From: Methanoregula sp.
GTDB taxonomy: Archaea > Halobacteriota > Methanomicrobia > Methanomicrobiales > Methanospirillaceae
NCBI GenBank assembly: GCA_039698055.1
Contig: JBDKTL010000027.1
Span: 80,672 to 144,671, forward strand
Length of the DNA stretch: 64,000 bases
Reading direction: 5' to 3'
Shown: piece by piece, positions 39,579-52,300 of the stretch
How positions within the stretch are numbered: the first letter of the stretch is position 1
Layout of the letters: the number at the start of each line of letters is the position of its first letter
Notes under the pieces: model-generated
What the model saw: only the letters and a program-made list of their open reading frames with translations
Told to the model about the DNA's origin: nothing
Databases searched by the model: none
Made by a program: the position numbers and the translations under genes

Positions 39579-40694
39579 ATGGGTTCGGGAAACTACTACG
39601 ACATCCTCGGTATACCCCATAATGCCGAGGATAGCGAGATCAAAAAGGCATACCGCAACCTTGCACGAAAATATCACCCGGATGTCTGCAAGGACAGCGG
39701 AGCGGAGGAAAAATTCAAGGAGATAAACGAGGCGTACAGTGTGCTCTCGGATGAGCAGAAGCGTGCCCAGTACGACAATATGGGTCACGACACGTTCACG
39801 AATGCCTCAAAAGGCTCCTATACCGGAGGCGGTGGAGGATTCTCCTCCGATTTCTCCGGTTTTGGAGACATCTTTGATTTCTTTGGCGGGGGCCAGCGGA
39901 GATCCGGTCCTATGCCTGGCGCAGATCTTCTCATGCGGATCCAGGTTTCCCTTGAAGATGCGGTGTCCGGCACTGACCGGGATATTGAGCTGATGCATTC
40001 AGAACAATGTCCTGCCTGCAACGGGTCGGGCAGCGAGACAAAGAAACTCAATGTCTGTCCCCGCTGCGGGGGGAGCGGCCAGATGCGCCAGACTTCCCAG
40101 TCGGTCTTTGGCCAGTTTGTCCGTATGAGTACCTGTACCCAGTGCGGAGGAAGGGGCAAGATCCCGGAAAAACCGTGCCGGGAGTGCAAAGGATCCGGCC
40201 ATACGCGGGTAAAACGTAAAATCAGCGTGCATATCCCGGCCGGTGTCGACAGCGGTATGCGGCTTCGGATGGAAAAGTACGGCGAGTCCGGAGATTACGG
40301 CGCACCCAATGGCGACCTGTTCATCGAGATATTTGTCCAGTCCCATCCCCGGTTCCAGCGGATTGGCGACAATCTCGAAACATCCCTTGAGATCAGCCCG
40401 GCACAGGCAGTGATCGGCACAACGGTTGAAATTGAGACAATCGACAAACGGGTTCTCGACCTGAAAGTGCCCGCGGGCGTCCAGTACAATACTGCACTGA
40501 GAATTTCCGGAGAAGGAGTAAAACGGCGCGGGAAACCCGGCGATCTTCTTATCCGGGTAAAAATTGTGATCCCGAAAAATATCAGCAACGAAGAGAAGGA
40601 ACTCTACGTGAAACTTGCAGAACTCGAACATACAAGCGGACAAAAATCAGGATTTTTCTCGGGCATCATGGGAAAGAAGAAAGGAAAAAAGTAA
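39579..40694 (+). CDS. dnaJ: Chaperone DnaJ
   Basis: J-domain HPD, G/F region, four CxxCxGxG repeats. Confidence 0.97.
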   Translation: MGSGNYYDILGIPHNAEDSEIKKAYRNLARKYHPDVCKDSGAEEKFKEINEAYSVLSDEQKRAQYDNMGHDTFTNASKGSYTGGGGGFSSDFSGFGDIFDFFGGGQRRSGPMPGADLLMRIQVSLEDAVSGTDRDIELMHSEQCPACNGSGSETKKLNVCPRCGGSGQMRQTSQSVFGQFVRMSTCTQCGGRGKIPEKPCRECKGSGHTRVKRKISVHIPAGVDSGMRLRMEKYGESGDYGAPNGDLFIEIFVQSHPRFQRIGDNLETSLEISPAQAVIGTTVEIETIDKRVLDLKVPAGVQYNTALRISGEGVKRRGKPGDLLIRVKIVIPKNISNEEKELYVKLAELEHTSGQKSGFFSGIMGKKKGKK

Positions 40695-41014
40695 CCCTTT
40701 TTAATTCTTTTTTTATGAGGAGATCCCGTAATATAAAATTCATTACAGCCATGGGGTGCCTCACATTCTGGTGCAATAAAAAAATCATTTTAATTGATTG
40801 CAGTTGTTTTTTTTAAATAAATCAGGTTTCCGTTCAATTCACCCCCCTAAAAAGAGCGGTGAGCCATTTTTCATGAGGATTTTTTCATAAAAAAAATTTA
40901 TTCCCATCGATGATTTGTTGAAGACCCCCCTTCGCCAAAAAAAAAGAAAACAACACCGGGCCAAATTATCTTTCCAGCACACCTATTTGTGTCCTTATCG
41001 CCAATATTGATAAA

Positions 41015-41986
41015 ATGAAACTGCTCTTTGAGCTGTCCGGGGAAAATCCAACACTCCCGTTTGCCGAGATTGAATGTGTGGGCCGCATCCTTGATCGGCG
41101 GTTGCAGGTTGCACTTGCAGAATGCCCGGATCCCAACGCCGCACAACGCCTGGCAATGACGCATGGCGTGCTTGAGTACCTGGGCGAATGCAGCCCGGAT
41201 ATCGCCTCCTTTTCCTGTCTCTTAAAAGAACTGGCAATAAAAACCGCCAATCCTTTTGCCGGCAGGGCAAAAAAGGTGCACGGGGGATGTCATGAATGCA
41301 ATCCCTGTTCCCAGGCAGCGTTCGAGCGGCTGATTGGAACGATGATCGACGGGCCGATTTCGTTAAACAACCCGGTGGATGAATACCGTGCCATACTCTC
41401 GGAAGACAAGTGCTATTTTGGCAAAGTGCTGTTCCGGATCCAACGCGGCGGGTACGATGAACGGAACCCGGGGAAACGGGAATTTTTTCATCCCGGTGTG
41501 ATGATGCCGCGAATGGCGCGGACGCTGGTGAACCTTTCATTGGGGGAGACAGAAACGATCCTGCTCGACCCGTTCTGTGGTACCGGGGGTATTCTCATTG
41601 AAGCTGGATTGCTTGGCATGGAAACGCTGGGAAGCGATTTTGATCCGCTGATGATCCGTGGGAGCCGGGAGAATGTGCCGGCAAGTGCACTGATGTTATC
41701 TGATGCCACACGGCTGCCGGTTCGCGATCGGTCCGTTGATGCTGTCGTGACGGATTTCCCCTATGGCCAGTCGGTCTGCATCAAAAAAGAGGATACGATG
41801 GACCGGCTTTATGCCGATTCCCTCTCTGAGATCAACCGGGTGCTGAAAAATCACCACCGCGCTGTCGTTGTCACGCACAAGGATATTTCCTCTATTGCCG
41901 CCGGGTATATGACCATTCTTCAGCATCACGATCAGCGGGTGCATAAAAGTCTCACCCGGCGGGTGCTTGTTCTTGAGAAGCGATGA
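41015..41986 (+). CDS. trmG10: tRNA (guanine(10)-N2)-dimethyltransferase (Trm11/TrmG10, THUMP plus MTase)
   Basis: FELSGENPTLP.AE, FFHPGVMMPRMARTLVNL, LDPFCGTGG, TDFPYG, VHKSLTR. Confidence 0.9.
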   Translation: MKLLFELSGENPTLPFAEIECVGRILDRRLQVALAECPDPNAAQRLAMTHGVLEYLGECSPDIASFSCLLKELAIKTANPFAGRAKKVHGGCHECNPCSQAAFERLIGTMIDGPISLNNPVDEYRAILSEDKCYFGKVLFRIQRGGYDERNPGKREFFHPGVMMPRMARTLVNLSLGETETILLDPFCGTGGILIEAGLLGMETLGSDFDPLMIRGSRENVPASALMLSDATRLPVRDRSVDAVVTDFPYGQSVCIKKEDTMDRLYADSLSEINRVLKNHHRAVVVTHKDISSIAAGYMTILQHHDQRVHKSLTRRVLVLEKR

Positions 41987-42321
41987 ATGTTTTCTCCAAT
42001 ATTTAATTTTTTTTAGATTTATCCTCCTCCTGCCGGGGTCGCGTATGGAGATTTATCGATCTCTTGCAGGACACGACGTTTTCTCCTATCCCTGCAAAAT
42101 AAATAATTTTCATCAGTTAAAATAAACAGTTATTCCACAACCGCCGCGGATGTGCCCGGTCGGCGAACCGTGGGCGTGCTCGTAACCGGGGAATAGGGGC
42201 AGTTTATCCCGCAATGAAATTGAAGTGCAATCGGTTTACCTGCAAAAATTCCCGTAAAAACAAAAAAAGCAGTTTTTGGAATTCTTTATGACCTTATCCT
42301 GCTCTATATTATCCAGGTACT

Positions 42322-42966
42322 ATGAGGTCTCCAACCTGCCTGTTTTTACTGCCAATCCTTCTCCTGTTCATGGTTCTGCTCCCCCCGGCTGCTGCATATT
42401 CCGGTGACGCAACGACGTTGTATGACCAGGGTGTTGCTCTTATCTCATCGAAGAATTACACTGAAGCAGTAACGGCATTTAATCAGGCCATTGCACTTGA
42501 GCCGGGATATTTTGAAGCATGGAATGAAAAAGCCGACGCACTCAACCGGGCAAAACGCTATGACGAAGCGCTTGTGGCATCCGATCAGGCACTTGCCCTG
42601 AATCAGAATGATGTCAAAAACTGGATCAACCATGGGTATATCCTGTACAACCTTGGAAGATACGATGAAGAACTCAAGGCCTACGAACAGGCAATAAAAG
42701 TCGATCCGTCCAGTGCCGATGCATGGTTCAACAAGGGATATGCACTTGGAGGAATGGGAAAATGGGACGAAGCACTTACCGCATTTGCCACGGTAGAATC
42801 ACTGGACCCGTCTTATCCCAACCTTAAGGCAAACCAGAAGATTGCCCAGCAAAACCTCGATGCGAGCACGCCATTTTACATAAAAAATGCCCCGATGATT
42901 GGCGGTATTGCCCTTGTTATTATCCTCGTTATCGCGTGGCTCTATGCAGTCCGCAAGAAATACTAA
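42322..42966 (+). CDS. Secreted, C-terminally membrane-anchored TPR protein
   Basis: N-terminal signal peptide (PAAA), about four TPRs, C-terminal TM helix followed by RKKY. Confidence 0.85.
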   Translation: MRSPTCLFLLPILLLFMVLLPPAAAYSGDATTLYDQGVALISSKNYTEAVTAFNQAIALEPGYFEAWNEKADALNRAKRYDEALVASDQALALNQNDVKNWINHGYILYNLGRYDEELKAYEQAIKVDPSSADAWFNKGYALGGMGKWDEALTAFATVESLDPSYPNLKANQKIAQQNLDASTPFYIKNAPMIGGIALVIILVIAWLYAVRKKY

Positions 42967-43154
42967 ACGGGAATTAAAACCGGTAATTCTTTTTTATCAA
43001 TCGAAAAGTTGCCAATAATTTGATTTATTTAAGATTTGTCCCACCCATGGGAGTCGTTGGGGAGATTCATCGACTCCTAACCGGTCAGGAAGGTTTTATG
43101 ATTTTTAACAAAACCGGTACAATATAAAATCTCTTTCATAACATGCAATCCCCC

Positions 43155-43197
43155 TCGTGCTCCACCGGTCCCCCACGGGGGACGGGGCGCAGTGCGA
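43155..43197. repeat. GC-rich intergenic hairpin between convergent TPR genes
   Basis: GTCCCC-CACG-GGGGAC core (43168-43183) with an imperfect outer stem; a second hairpin GGAGTCG/CGACTCC at 43050-43077. Confidence 0.45.
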
Positions 43198-43341
43198 TGA
43201 TACTCATCGGAAATACTAAACTATCACAATCAGGGAATGCCACAGCGGTGGGGTTATCAAACACAGGATCGGGGAGTGTCAGTCTCCCAATTATACGAAC
43301 CGGACAAACCCGGTCAATTCACCCGGTATAGCAGATCTGCG

Positions 43342-46300
43342 TTACCGGCCTTTCTCGTAACAAATCCGTGCTTCTTCGTGTTTTCCGATATGATCGAGAA
43401 TTGCTCCGATATCGTTCCAGACTTCCTTTCGGGAGGGATCGATCTCGATCGATCGTTTGAACGCGGTCAATGCTTCCTGGTATTTTTCCATCTCCTGCAG
43501 TGCCCGTCCTTTATGGATCCAGGCATCAACAAAGTCCGGCTGGATGGAAAGCATTGCCGTGAACGCGTCCGCCGCTTCAGCGTGCCGCCCGAGCACTTCA
43601 TAGGCACTTCCCTTGGTGAAGTATGCGATGGAGAACGATGGATCGATGGAGATCGCCCGGTCGTAGGACTCGATCGCGTCCTCATCTTTTTTCTGCGCTG
43701 CAAGAGCCATGCCGTGGCGGGTCCACCCGATTGCATTCTCCGGATCGATCCCAAGGCCGGCTTCGTAGGCTGCCTGGGCGTCCGCATATTTACCAAGATC
43801 GTAAAACGCGTTGCCCTTGCCAAACCATGCCGCAGAAAATTGTGGGTTTTTCTCAATGCCTTTTTCGAATGCCTCAAGAGCGTCCCGGGAAAGGCCAAGC
43901 TCGGCGAGTGCATTTCCTTTATGCACAAACACATCGGCAGCCCCCGGATCCAGCTCCAGTGCCCGGTCATAGGATTGGATAGCATCGCGGTACTGCTCCA
44001 GTGATGCATAGGCAAGACCCCGGTCATGGTGCAGGGCAGCGGATTTGGGGATCATCTCCAGTGCCCGGTCATACTCGGTAATTGCCGCATCAAAATTGCC
44101 CTGGTCAAAAAGGGCTTTACCTTTCGCATAATGAGCAGGGGAACAGGTGGGGTTGATCTCAAGTGCCCGGTCAAATGCCGCAATTGCCCCGTCAGGATTT
44201 CCCAGGGCAAAGAATGCCCGGCCTTTTTCATAAATTGCCTCTGCCATCCCCGGGTTGACCGAAAGTGCATGGTCAAAAGCGGTGAGGGCATCTTTGAACC
44301 GCTCCGTATGGATAAGTGCCCGGCCTTTCTCGTACAGTGCATCAGTATAACCTGACTGGATATGCAAAGCGGCATCAAACGCATGAATCGCATCGTCAAA
44401 TCTCTGGAGGTTTGCCAGAGCAATTCCCTTATGCAGGAACGCTTCTGCATACTGATCGTTTTTCGAAGATGCCTCATCAAATGCCTCAATCGCTTCCCCG
44501 TACAGACCTTTTTTGCTGAGTGCAATGCCTTTGTAATACAAAGCCTCTGCGTATTCCGGCTTCAGTGTGAGCGCATGGTCTAGTGCATCGATCGCTTCTC
44601 CGAACCGCTCCAGTTCGATCAGTGCCCTGCCGCGGTACAATTGTGTCATTGCGGAGTCAGGGTCAAGTGCCATTGCATGGGCATAGCCATCAAGGGCTTC
44701 ATCGTATCGTCCAAGATTTGCTTCAGCAATGCCCCGGTACAGCCATGCATCGGCATATTTCTCGTTCTGGGAAAGTGCCCGGTCAAATGAATTCACGGCT
44801 TCCTGGTGCATGGAGATCCCAAAGAGCGCCCTGCCTTTCTCATAATATGCTTCTGCGCACTGCGGGCGCCGTACTAATGAAGCATCGAAGTTCTTGATCG
44901 CTTCCTGGTACCGGCCAATCCGGGATAAAGATATTCCCATGTAATAATATGCAATCGCATTTTTTGGATCCAGCCCGATGGCTTTTGTCAGACAGGTAAT
45001 GGCATCCTTATCTTTCCCAAGAGCTGCAAGCGCCATGCCTTTACCGGTCCAGATGTGTGCATAATTCGGGCGTACCCTCAAAGCAAGATCGAATGCACTT
45101 ACCGATTCCTGCGGGTGTTTCAACCTTAAGAGGGCACAACCCTTGTGATAGAGTGCCTCATCGTGCCGGGGTTCAAGGGCAAGTGCATTATCATACGCGA
45201 TCACGGCTTCTTTTTCCATGTGGATCTTTGAGAGTGCCCGGCCCTTGTAGTAATACGCGTCGACATACTCCGGCCGGATCTCCAGTGCCTTGTTAAATGC
45301 CTCGATGGCATCCTCAAAGCTCGTGAGTGCATGCAGCGCCCTGCCTTTCAGGTACCAGGCCTCGGCATTGGACGGGTCAATTTCCAGGGAATGGATATAG
45401 GATTCAATTGCGTCGTTGAATTTTCCAAGGTCGGACAGTGCCTTGCCCCGGTGGAGCCATGCATCAATCGATTGCGGTACTAATGCAAGGACATGATCAA
45501 ACGCCTCAATGGCATCCTGGTGCCTTCCGGTGGTGGCAAGGGCAAGGCCTTTATGATAGAATGCCTGCATATTGCCTGCATCCAGGTCGACATTCTTATT
45601 GAATGCGACGATTGCATCATCGTACCTTCCGAGTTTTTCAAGCGCAAGCCCCTTGTAAAAATAGACCTCGGCATAATTTTTCTCAATGCCGAGTGTCTTA
45701 TCAAACGTCTTGACGGCTTCCCGGAACATGCCAAGGCTTAAAAGCGCTTTTCCTTTTTCAAACTGGGCATCAGCAAAGTGGCGATCGATCTCCAGGGCAA
45801 GGTCAAAGACCTTCACCGCATCTTCAGACCTGCCAATTGTTGCAAGGGCTTTTCCTTTTCGATAAAGGGTCTGGACATGAGACGGATCGATGGCAAGCGC
45901 AAGGTTATAACTTTTTACGGCATCCTCAAACCGGTTCAGCTCGTCGAGGGCCCGGCCTTTCTCAAGGTATGCGTCAAAATAATCCGGCCGTATGCCGGTT
46001 GCACGATCAAACGCCGTGCAGGCCTCATCATACCGCTTAAGATGTGCATACACCTGTCCCTGCTCGTACCACGCGTCTGCCCGATCGGGCTGGATACGGA
46101 GGAGGGCATCAAATGCAGACACGGCGTCGGTATATGTTTCCTCCCGTGCGGCAAGTGACGCTGCCCGGTAGTATAATGCATCGGTATTATCGGGCTGGGC
46201 GGCAAGGGCGAGATCGAATGCCGGAATTGCTTCGTCGAACTTTTTCAATTTGAAGAACGCAAGTCCCCGCTCGTAACAGGTAGCCGGGTCACCGGGCGTG

Positions 46301-49300
46301 AGTGCGAGTTGCTGGTCGAACGAACCGATCGCCAGTTCGAATTGTTCAAGGGACATATAGGCGACCCCCCGCTCGAAAAAGACCTGCGTATTATCGGGCT
46401 TCAGGATAACAACCTGATCGAATGCGGCAATCGCCGCCTCAAACCTGCCGCTGTTGAGGAGTGCCTCGCCTTTTTCCAGCCACATGGCGGGGTTCTGTTG
46501 ATCGCGGGCAAGAGCCGTATCAAACGCGATGACGGCATCGTCGAACCGTTCCAGCCGGACAAGGGACTGCCCCCGCAGGTAAGCCGGTTCAGGGCGATCG
46601 GGGAGCTGTGTCACTGCCTCGCCGAGCACATCCTCTGCTTCTGCATGCCGGTCAAGGCTTGCAAGAGCCCGGCCTTTCTCAAAGAGGATTTCCCCCTGTG
46701 CCGGCTCCCTGCCCAGTGCGATATCAAAGATATGGAGGGCATCCTCGTGCTGCCCCAGCCGGGCAAAGGCTTTACCCTCATCCAAAAGCAGCGGGATATT
46801 GTGGGGATCGAGTTTTCGCGCGTGTTCCAGCGCTGCAATTGCAGCCTCGTCCTGGCTGACATGGACATATGAGAGGCCCTGGTGATACCAGGCATCTGCA
46901 TTATCGGGTTCCCGGGCGAGTATGCCGGCATAGGCAGGTATGGCCTCTTCATAGCGTTCGAGCCGTTCAAGAGATCGTGCCATCTGGTAGTATGCATCCG
47001 CGTATTGGGAATCCAGATCGATTGCCTGCGCAAATGAACCGACCGCTTCCTCATCGTTTCCGAGTGCATACAGTGCGCATCCACGTTCGTACCAGGCTTC
47101 TTTTTTTTGGCTGTCCAGGCTGTTTGCTTCAGAGAATGCCGTGGTGGCCTCAGCATACCGCCCCAACCGGGCAAGGACCCTCCCCTTTTCATAATGGGAC
47201 TCGTAATGGGTGGCATCGATCCCGGTTGCGCTGTCCAGCGCTGCGAGGGCGTCCTCATTTTTCTTCATCGCCGACAAGGCCAGCCCTTTGTTGAACCAGA
47301 CCTCGTAGTCGTTTGGGTTAAGGGCGATGGCGGCATCAAAGGCACTGTTGGCGTCCGGATATTTTTTTATCCGGATACAGGCAAGCCCCTTATGGAAAAA
47401 TGCCTGCATATATGTCGCATCCAGTGCTATGACTGCGTTGAAGGCAGCAATGCTGTCTTTGTTTTTACTCATCCGCAGCAGGGCAAGGCCCTTATCGTAA
47501 AATGCATTGGTAAAATGCGGATCGATTGCAGTTGCCTGTTCGAATGCTTCAATTGCCAGGCTGTCCCGGTCAAGGTGTGCAAGTGCGACCCCTTTGTCAT
47601 AGTACGCATTGGTGTATTTCGGATTAATCTTAAGTGCCCGGTCGTAGGATGAGATGGCTTCATCGTAGCGTCCGAGTTCGGTAAGGGATATCGCCCGGTC
47701 ATACCACCCGTTTGCATTGCCGGGTTTTATCTCAAGTGCACGGGTAAGCACGTCAAGTGCCGGGCCAAACTCCCCAAGGGACACAAGAGCGCTCCCTTTA
47801 TGGAACAGGGCAGCGGCGCAGGACGGATCTGCCTCAATGGCGCGATCAAAACTGGTTGTGGCGGCTTTGAAATCCCCAAGCCCGGCAAAAGTTTTTCCTT
47901 TCCAGTACCATCCGGCAATATTGTCGGGTACAAGCGCCACCGCACGCTCAAATGTCTCCAGTGCTTCAGGATAACGTTCCAGCTCGAACAGGACGCTTCC
48001 TTTGAGAAGCCACACGTCAACGAGATTGTTTTCGATATTTAACGATGCTTCCAGCGCCGCAAGTGTCTCATCGTACCGGAGCAGTTTTGCCAGCATCCGG
48101 CCTTTCTGGTATAACACCGTGGCATTATCCGGTTTTATTTCAAGCATCTTGTCAAACGCCCGCAGTGCATTCTCATATTTGCTGAGGTTTGCATACGAAA
48201 GACCGGTCTGGTAAATCGCATCGGTCAGGTTTTCGTCATAATCCAGCGCATGCTTGAATGCCCGGATGGCTTTATCATATTTGCCAAGGTTAAACAGGAC
48301 CAGACCCTTCTGGTAATGCGCCGGTGCGCTGTCAGGGGCAGAGGTGAGTGCCGCATCAAAAGACTTCACCGCGTCGGCAGGTTTACCCAACCGTGAGAGA
48401 GACAGTCCTTTCTGGTACGCGGCATCATAATACGACGGATCGATTCCAAGCGCCGTATCGTATGCCGCCACCGCCTCATCATCACGGTGAAGCGCGGCAA
48501 GGGATTCTCCCCGTCCAAATTCTGCTTCTGCGGATTTTGGGTCCAGCGAAATGGTCTTTTCAAATGCGGCAACTGCCTGAACAAACTCGTTGAGTTTGTA
48601 CAGTGACTGGGCTTTTGCCAGCCAGATGATCGGATCGTCTGGTTCAAGATCCAGCGCATGGCTGAATGCGATGAGGGCGTCTGAATAATTTCCCAGTTCC
48701 ATTAATGATTTCCCACGGAAATACTGGAGGGCAAAATGTTCGGGCCCAAGTCCTAAAGCACGATCGAATGCATTTACTGCATCTGCATACTGCCCCAGTC
48801 CAAAGAGAGCAAGACCCTTATGATACGCATATTCCTGCCGATCGGGTTTGAGGGCAAGTGCCTGTTCAAATGCCGGCAGGGATTCGGCGACCCGGTCCAG
48901 TTCCATAAGTTCCAGGCCCCGGTGGTACGATGCGGAATCGCAGGCATCGTCAAAGGAGAGCGCTGTTTCAAAGGCAGCCAGCGCATCGTCCCGGAGTTTC
49001 ATGGACGAAAAGCTGATACCCTTGTAAAACCATGAACCGGCCTGGCGGGTTTCCTGCTGGAGCACACGATCGAATGCCGCGATCGCTTCTTCAGGGCGTT
49101 GTATATGCAGCAGCGCTTTGCCCCGGTAGAAGAGCACAAACGTATCCTTTGGCTGGCGTTTTAATGCCTTGCCAAACGCTTCCACTGCCTCTTTATATCT
49201 CTTCAGGCTGTAGAGCGTATATCCTTTGCAGGTCCAGATCTTTGCATTTGTCGCGTCGTGTTCGAGGGCCCGGTCCAGTGCAATCACCGCATCTTCAAAC

Positions 49301-52300
49301 CGTGAGAGCCGGGCAAGGGCGGAACCCATACAGAAATGGATCGTGGCATTTTCCGGGTCACGTGCGACTGCATGCTCAAGAACGGGGAGGGCCTCTTCAT
49401 ATTTTTTGATCTCGCAGAGTGCAAGACTCTTCTGGATCAGGGACCCGGGGTCATCAGGTTCCTGCAGCAATGCAAGGTCAAAGACGGCAATCGCTTCATC
49501 GAACTGCCGGAGAGCAAACAGGGCCATGCCCTTCTCATAATAGATCCGGGTGCTGGCCAGCCCGTGTTCAATGCACCGGTCAAACATGTCAATGGCCTCG
49601 GAGAATCGCAACAGACGTACGAGTGCGAACCCTTTTTTGGAGAGCACATCGGTATTATCCGGCTGGATTGCAAGCGTCTGGTCAAATGCTTCTACGGCAT
49701 CGTCATCCCGTCCGAGTTCGACGAGGCACAGCGCGATGTGGTAGGAAGTGTCGGACGAGTCGGAATTAACGGCTCGCGATGCCTCAAATGCTGCAATCGC
49801 ATCCTTATATTTTTTCAGGGATTCAAGCGAGATCCCTTTTGCGTACAGCAGGGGTGCATCACCGGGTGTAATATCAAGCGCACGATCAAACGCCAGCACC
49901 GCATCTTCATGGTTACCCATACGGGCAAGGCAGAGCCCTTTGTGGTAAAATGCCGGGGGGAACTGCGGGAACAGCGCGATCACCTGGTCAAATGCGGCAA
50001 TTGCTTCGGGGAACCGGTTCAGCTGTATGAGGGCAAGACCCAGGTCGAAGCGTGCATGGGCATTTGACGGGTCCAGTATCAGCGCTTCGCCAAGTGCGCC
50101 CGATGCCTCGTCAAACCGCCCCAGTTCGGACAGCGCAACTCCTTTGTAGTACCAGGCTTCAGCCCGATCCGGCTGGATGGCAATAGTCCTTTCACCGGCA
50201 GCCAGCGTCTCCTCCCAGCGTTTGAGCTCGTGAAGGGTGACTGTTTTGTCAAGCGCCGCATCCACGTTCATCGGATCGGATTCCAGTGCCTGCTCAAAGG
50301 ACCCCAGTGCATCATCAAACCGTTTGAGGGAAAACAACGAGATGCCTTTTTCATAGCGAACCCGTGAAGTGTCCAGTCCTTTTTTGGCACATTCATCAAA
50401 CGCCCCGATTGCGTCCGTGAATTGCTCCAGCCGTTCGTACGCGAGACCTTTCTGGAACAAAGCATCCGTGTTGCGGGAATCAACCTCAAGGGTCCGGGCA
50501 AATGCTTCGATTGCCTCGTGATCACGGCCCAGTTCTACGAGCGCCAGCCCGCGATGATAGGCCGTATCTGCAGAACCGGGGTCAAGCGCCTGTGCGGCAT
50601 CGAACGCGCTCAGCGCCAGGTCGTACTGGTGCAGGGATTCGTGCGATCGGCCTTTTGCAGAGAGCAGGGCAACATCGCCCGGCGTGATCTCGAGAGCGAT
50701 GGAGAAAGCAAGAACCGCCTCTTCATGCATCCCAAGTTCGGCGAGGGTAAGCCCCTTGTAATGGAATGCCGGTGCATAATTTGGGATCTGCTCAAGTACC
50801 TGGTCAAAAGCAGTGACCGCATCAGGAAACTGACGGAGTTTGAAATGGGCAATACCAAGATCAAAATACGCATGGGGATTTGTGGGGTCAAGTTCAATGG
50901 AATGATTAAATGCCTCGATTGCCGCATCATATCTTTCAAGGGAGGAAAGAGCCACTCCTTTGTAGTACCATGCCTCGGCAAAATCCGGGCGGATACCGAT
51001 GGCCTTTTCGGCTGACGTATTGGCCTCGTCATCCCGGCCAAGATTGTGCAGGGAAATTGCCTTGTTGAGGGCAGACTCTGCCCTGGCCGGATCGTATTCA
51101 AGCGCCCGCTCAAACGCGTCGATTGAGTCCTGGTATAACCCTTCGGCAGAGAGCGCAACCCCCTTGAGATGATATGCCGGTGCAGAGTTCGGGACAAGGG
51201 CCAGCATACGGTCAAACGATTTGATTGCCTCACGGTAATCTTCCCGTTTCAGCATCGCGGCGCCGCGATGATAATGCGCCAGCGCAAGGTGGGGGTCAAG
51301 CCCGATTGCCTGATCGAATGCGAGGATTGCCTCCTCGTACTGGGAAATCTCGTACAGCGCAATCCCTTTATGGAGATACGCATCCCGGTAGTTGGAATCC
51401 ATCTCCAGTGCATGATCGTAGGCATCGATTGCATCCGTGTAACTGGCGAGATCGAAAAGTGCCCGGCCTTTCTGGTACCATGCATGGAAATTGTTGGGGT
51501 TCTCCTCAAGTGTCTTGTCAAAATCCGCCAGTGCCTCGGTGAATTTCCCGAGATTGTACTGGGCAATCCCTTTGAGCATCCGGGCTTCGGAATATTTGGG
51601 CTTCAGCCGGAGGGTTTTATCAAATGCGACAATGGCCTCTTCATGTCGGTCAAGCCCCAGCAGTGCCCGGCCTTTCTGGTAATGGACAAGTGCATTCTCC
51701 GGATCATAGGCAAGTGCCCGGTCAAAGACTTCAATGGATTCGGCATATCTCTCCAGTTTTGTGAGGGCAATGCCCTTGAAATAATAGCTCAGTGCGTTGC
51801 TGGTGTCACGTTCAAGATTTTTATTAAAAGCTTCGATTGCTTCTGCGTACCTTCCCAGTTTCTGGAGAGCAAATCCGCGATAGTAATGGACTTCGGTAAA
51901 GGACGGCTCGATCTCAAGCGCCTTGTCCATTGCAGCAAGAGCCTCGGGAAGCTTCCCGATCTCAATGAGCATCTTTCCCTTGTTATACCACGCAGGAGCA
52001 AAGGTGGGATTGATCACGATTGCTTTTTCAAACGATCGGATAGCACCCCGTATATCATGCATGTTTGCAAGAGCAAGCCCGTGATGGTAATAGGCATCAA
52101 AGTTCGACGGGTCGATCTCGAGCATCACCTCAAAAACCTGGATGGCTTCTTCGACCCGGTTGATCTTTTCAAGGGCGAGCCCTTTGTAATGGAATGCCTC
52201 TGTCGATCGCTGGTTCAGCGCAATCGCATTGTCAAACGCATCGATCGCGTCCTGGTACCGGCCAAGTTCAAAGAGCGATTTCCCGTACCGGGTCCACCCG

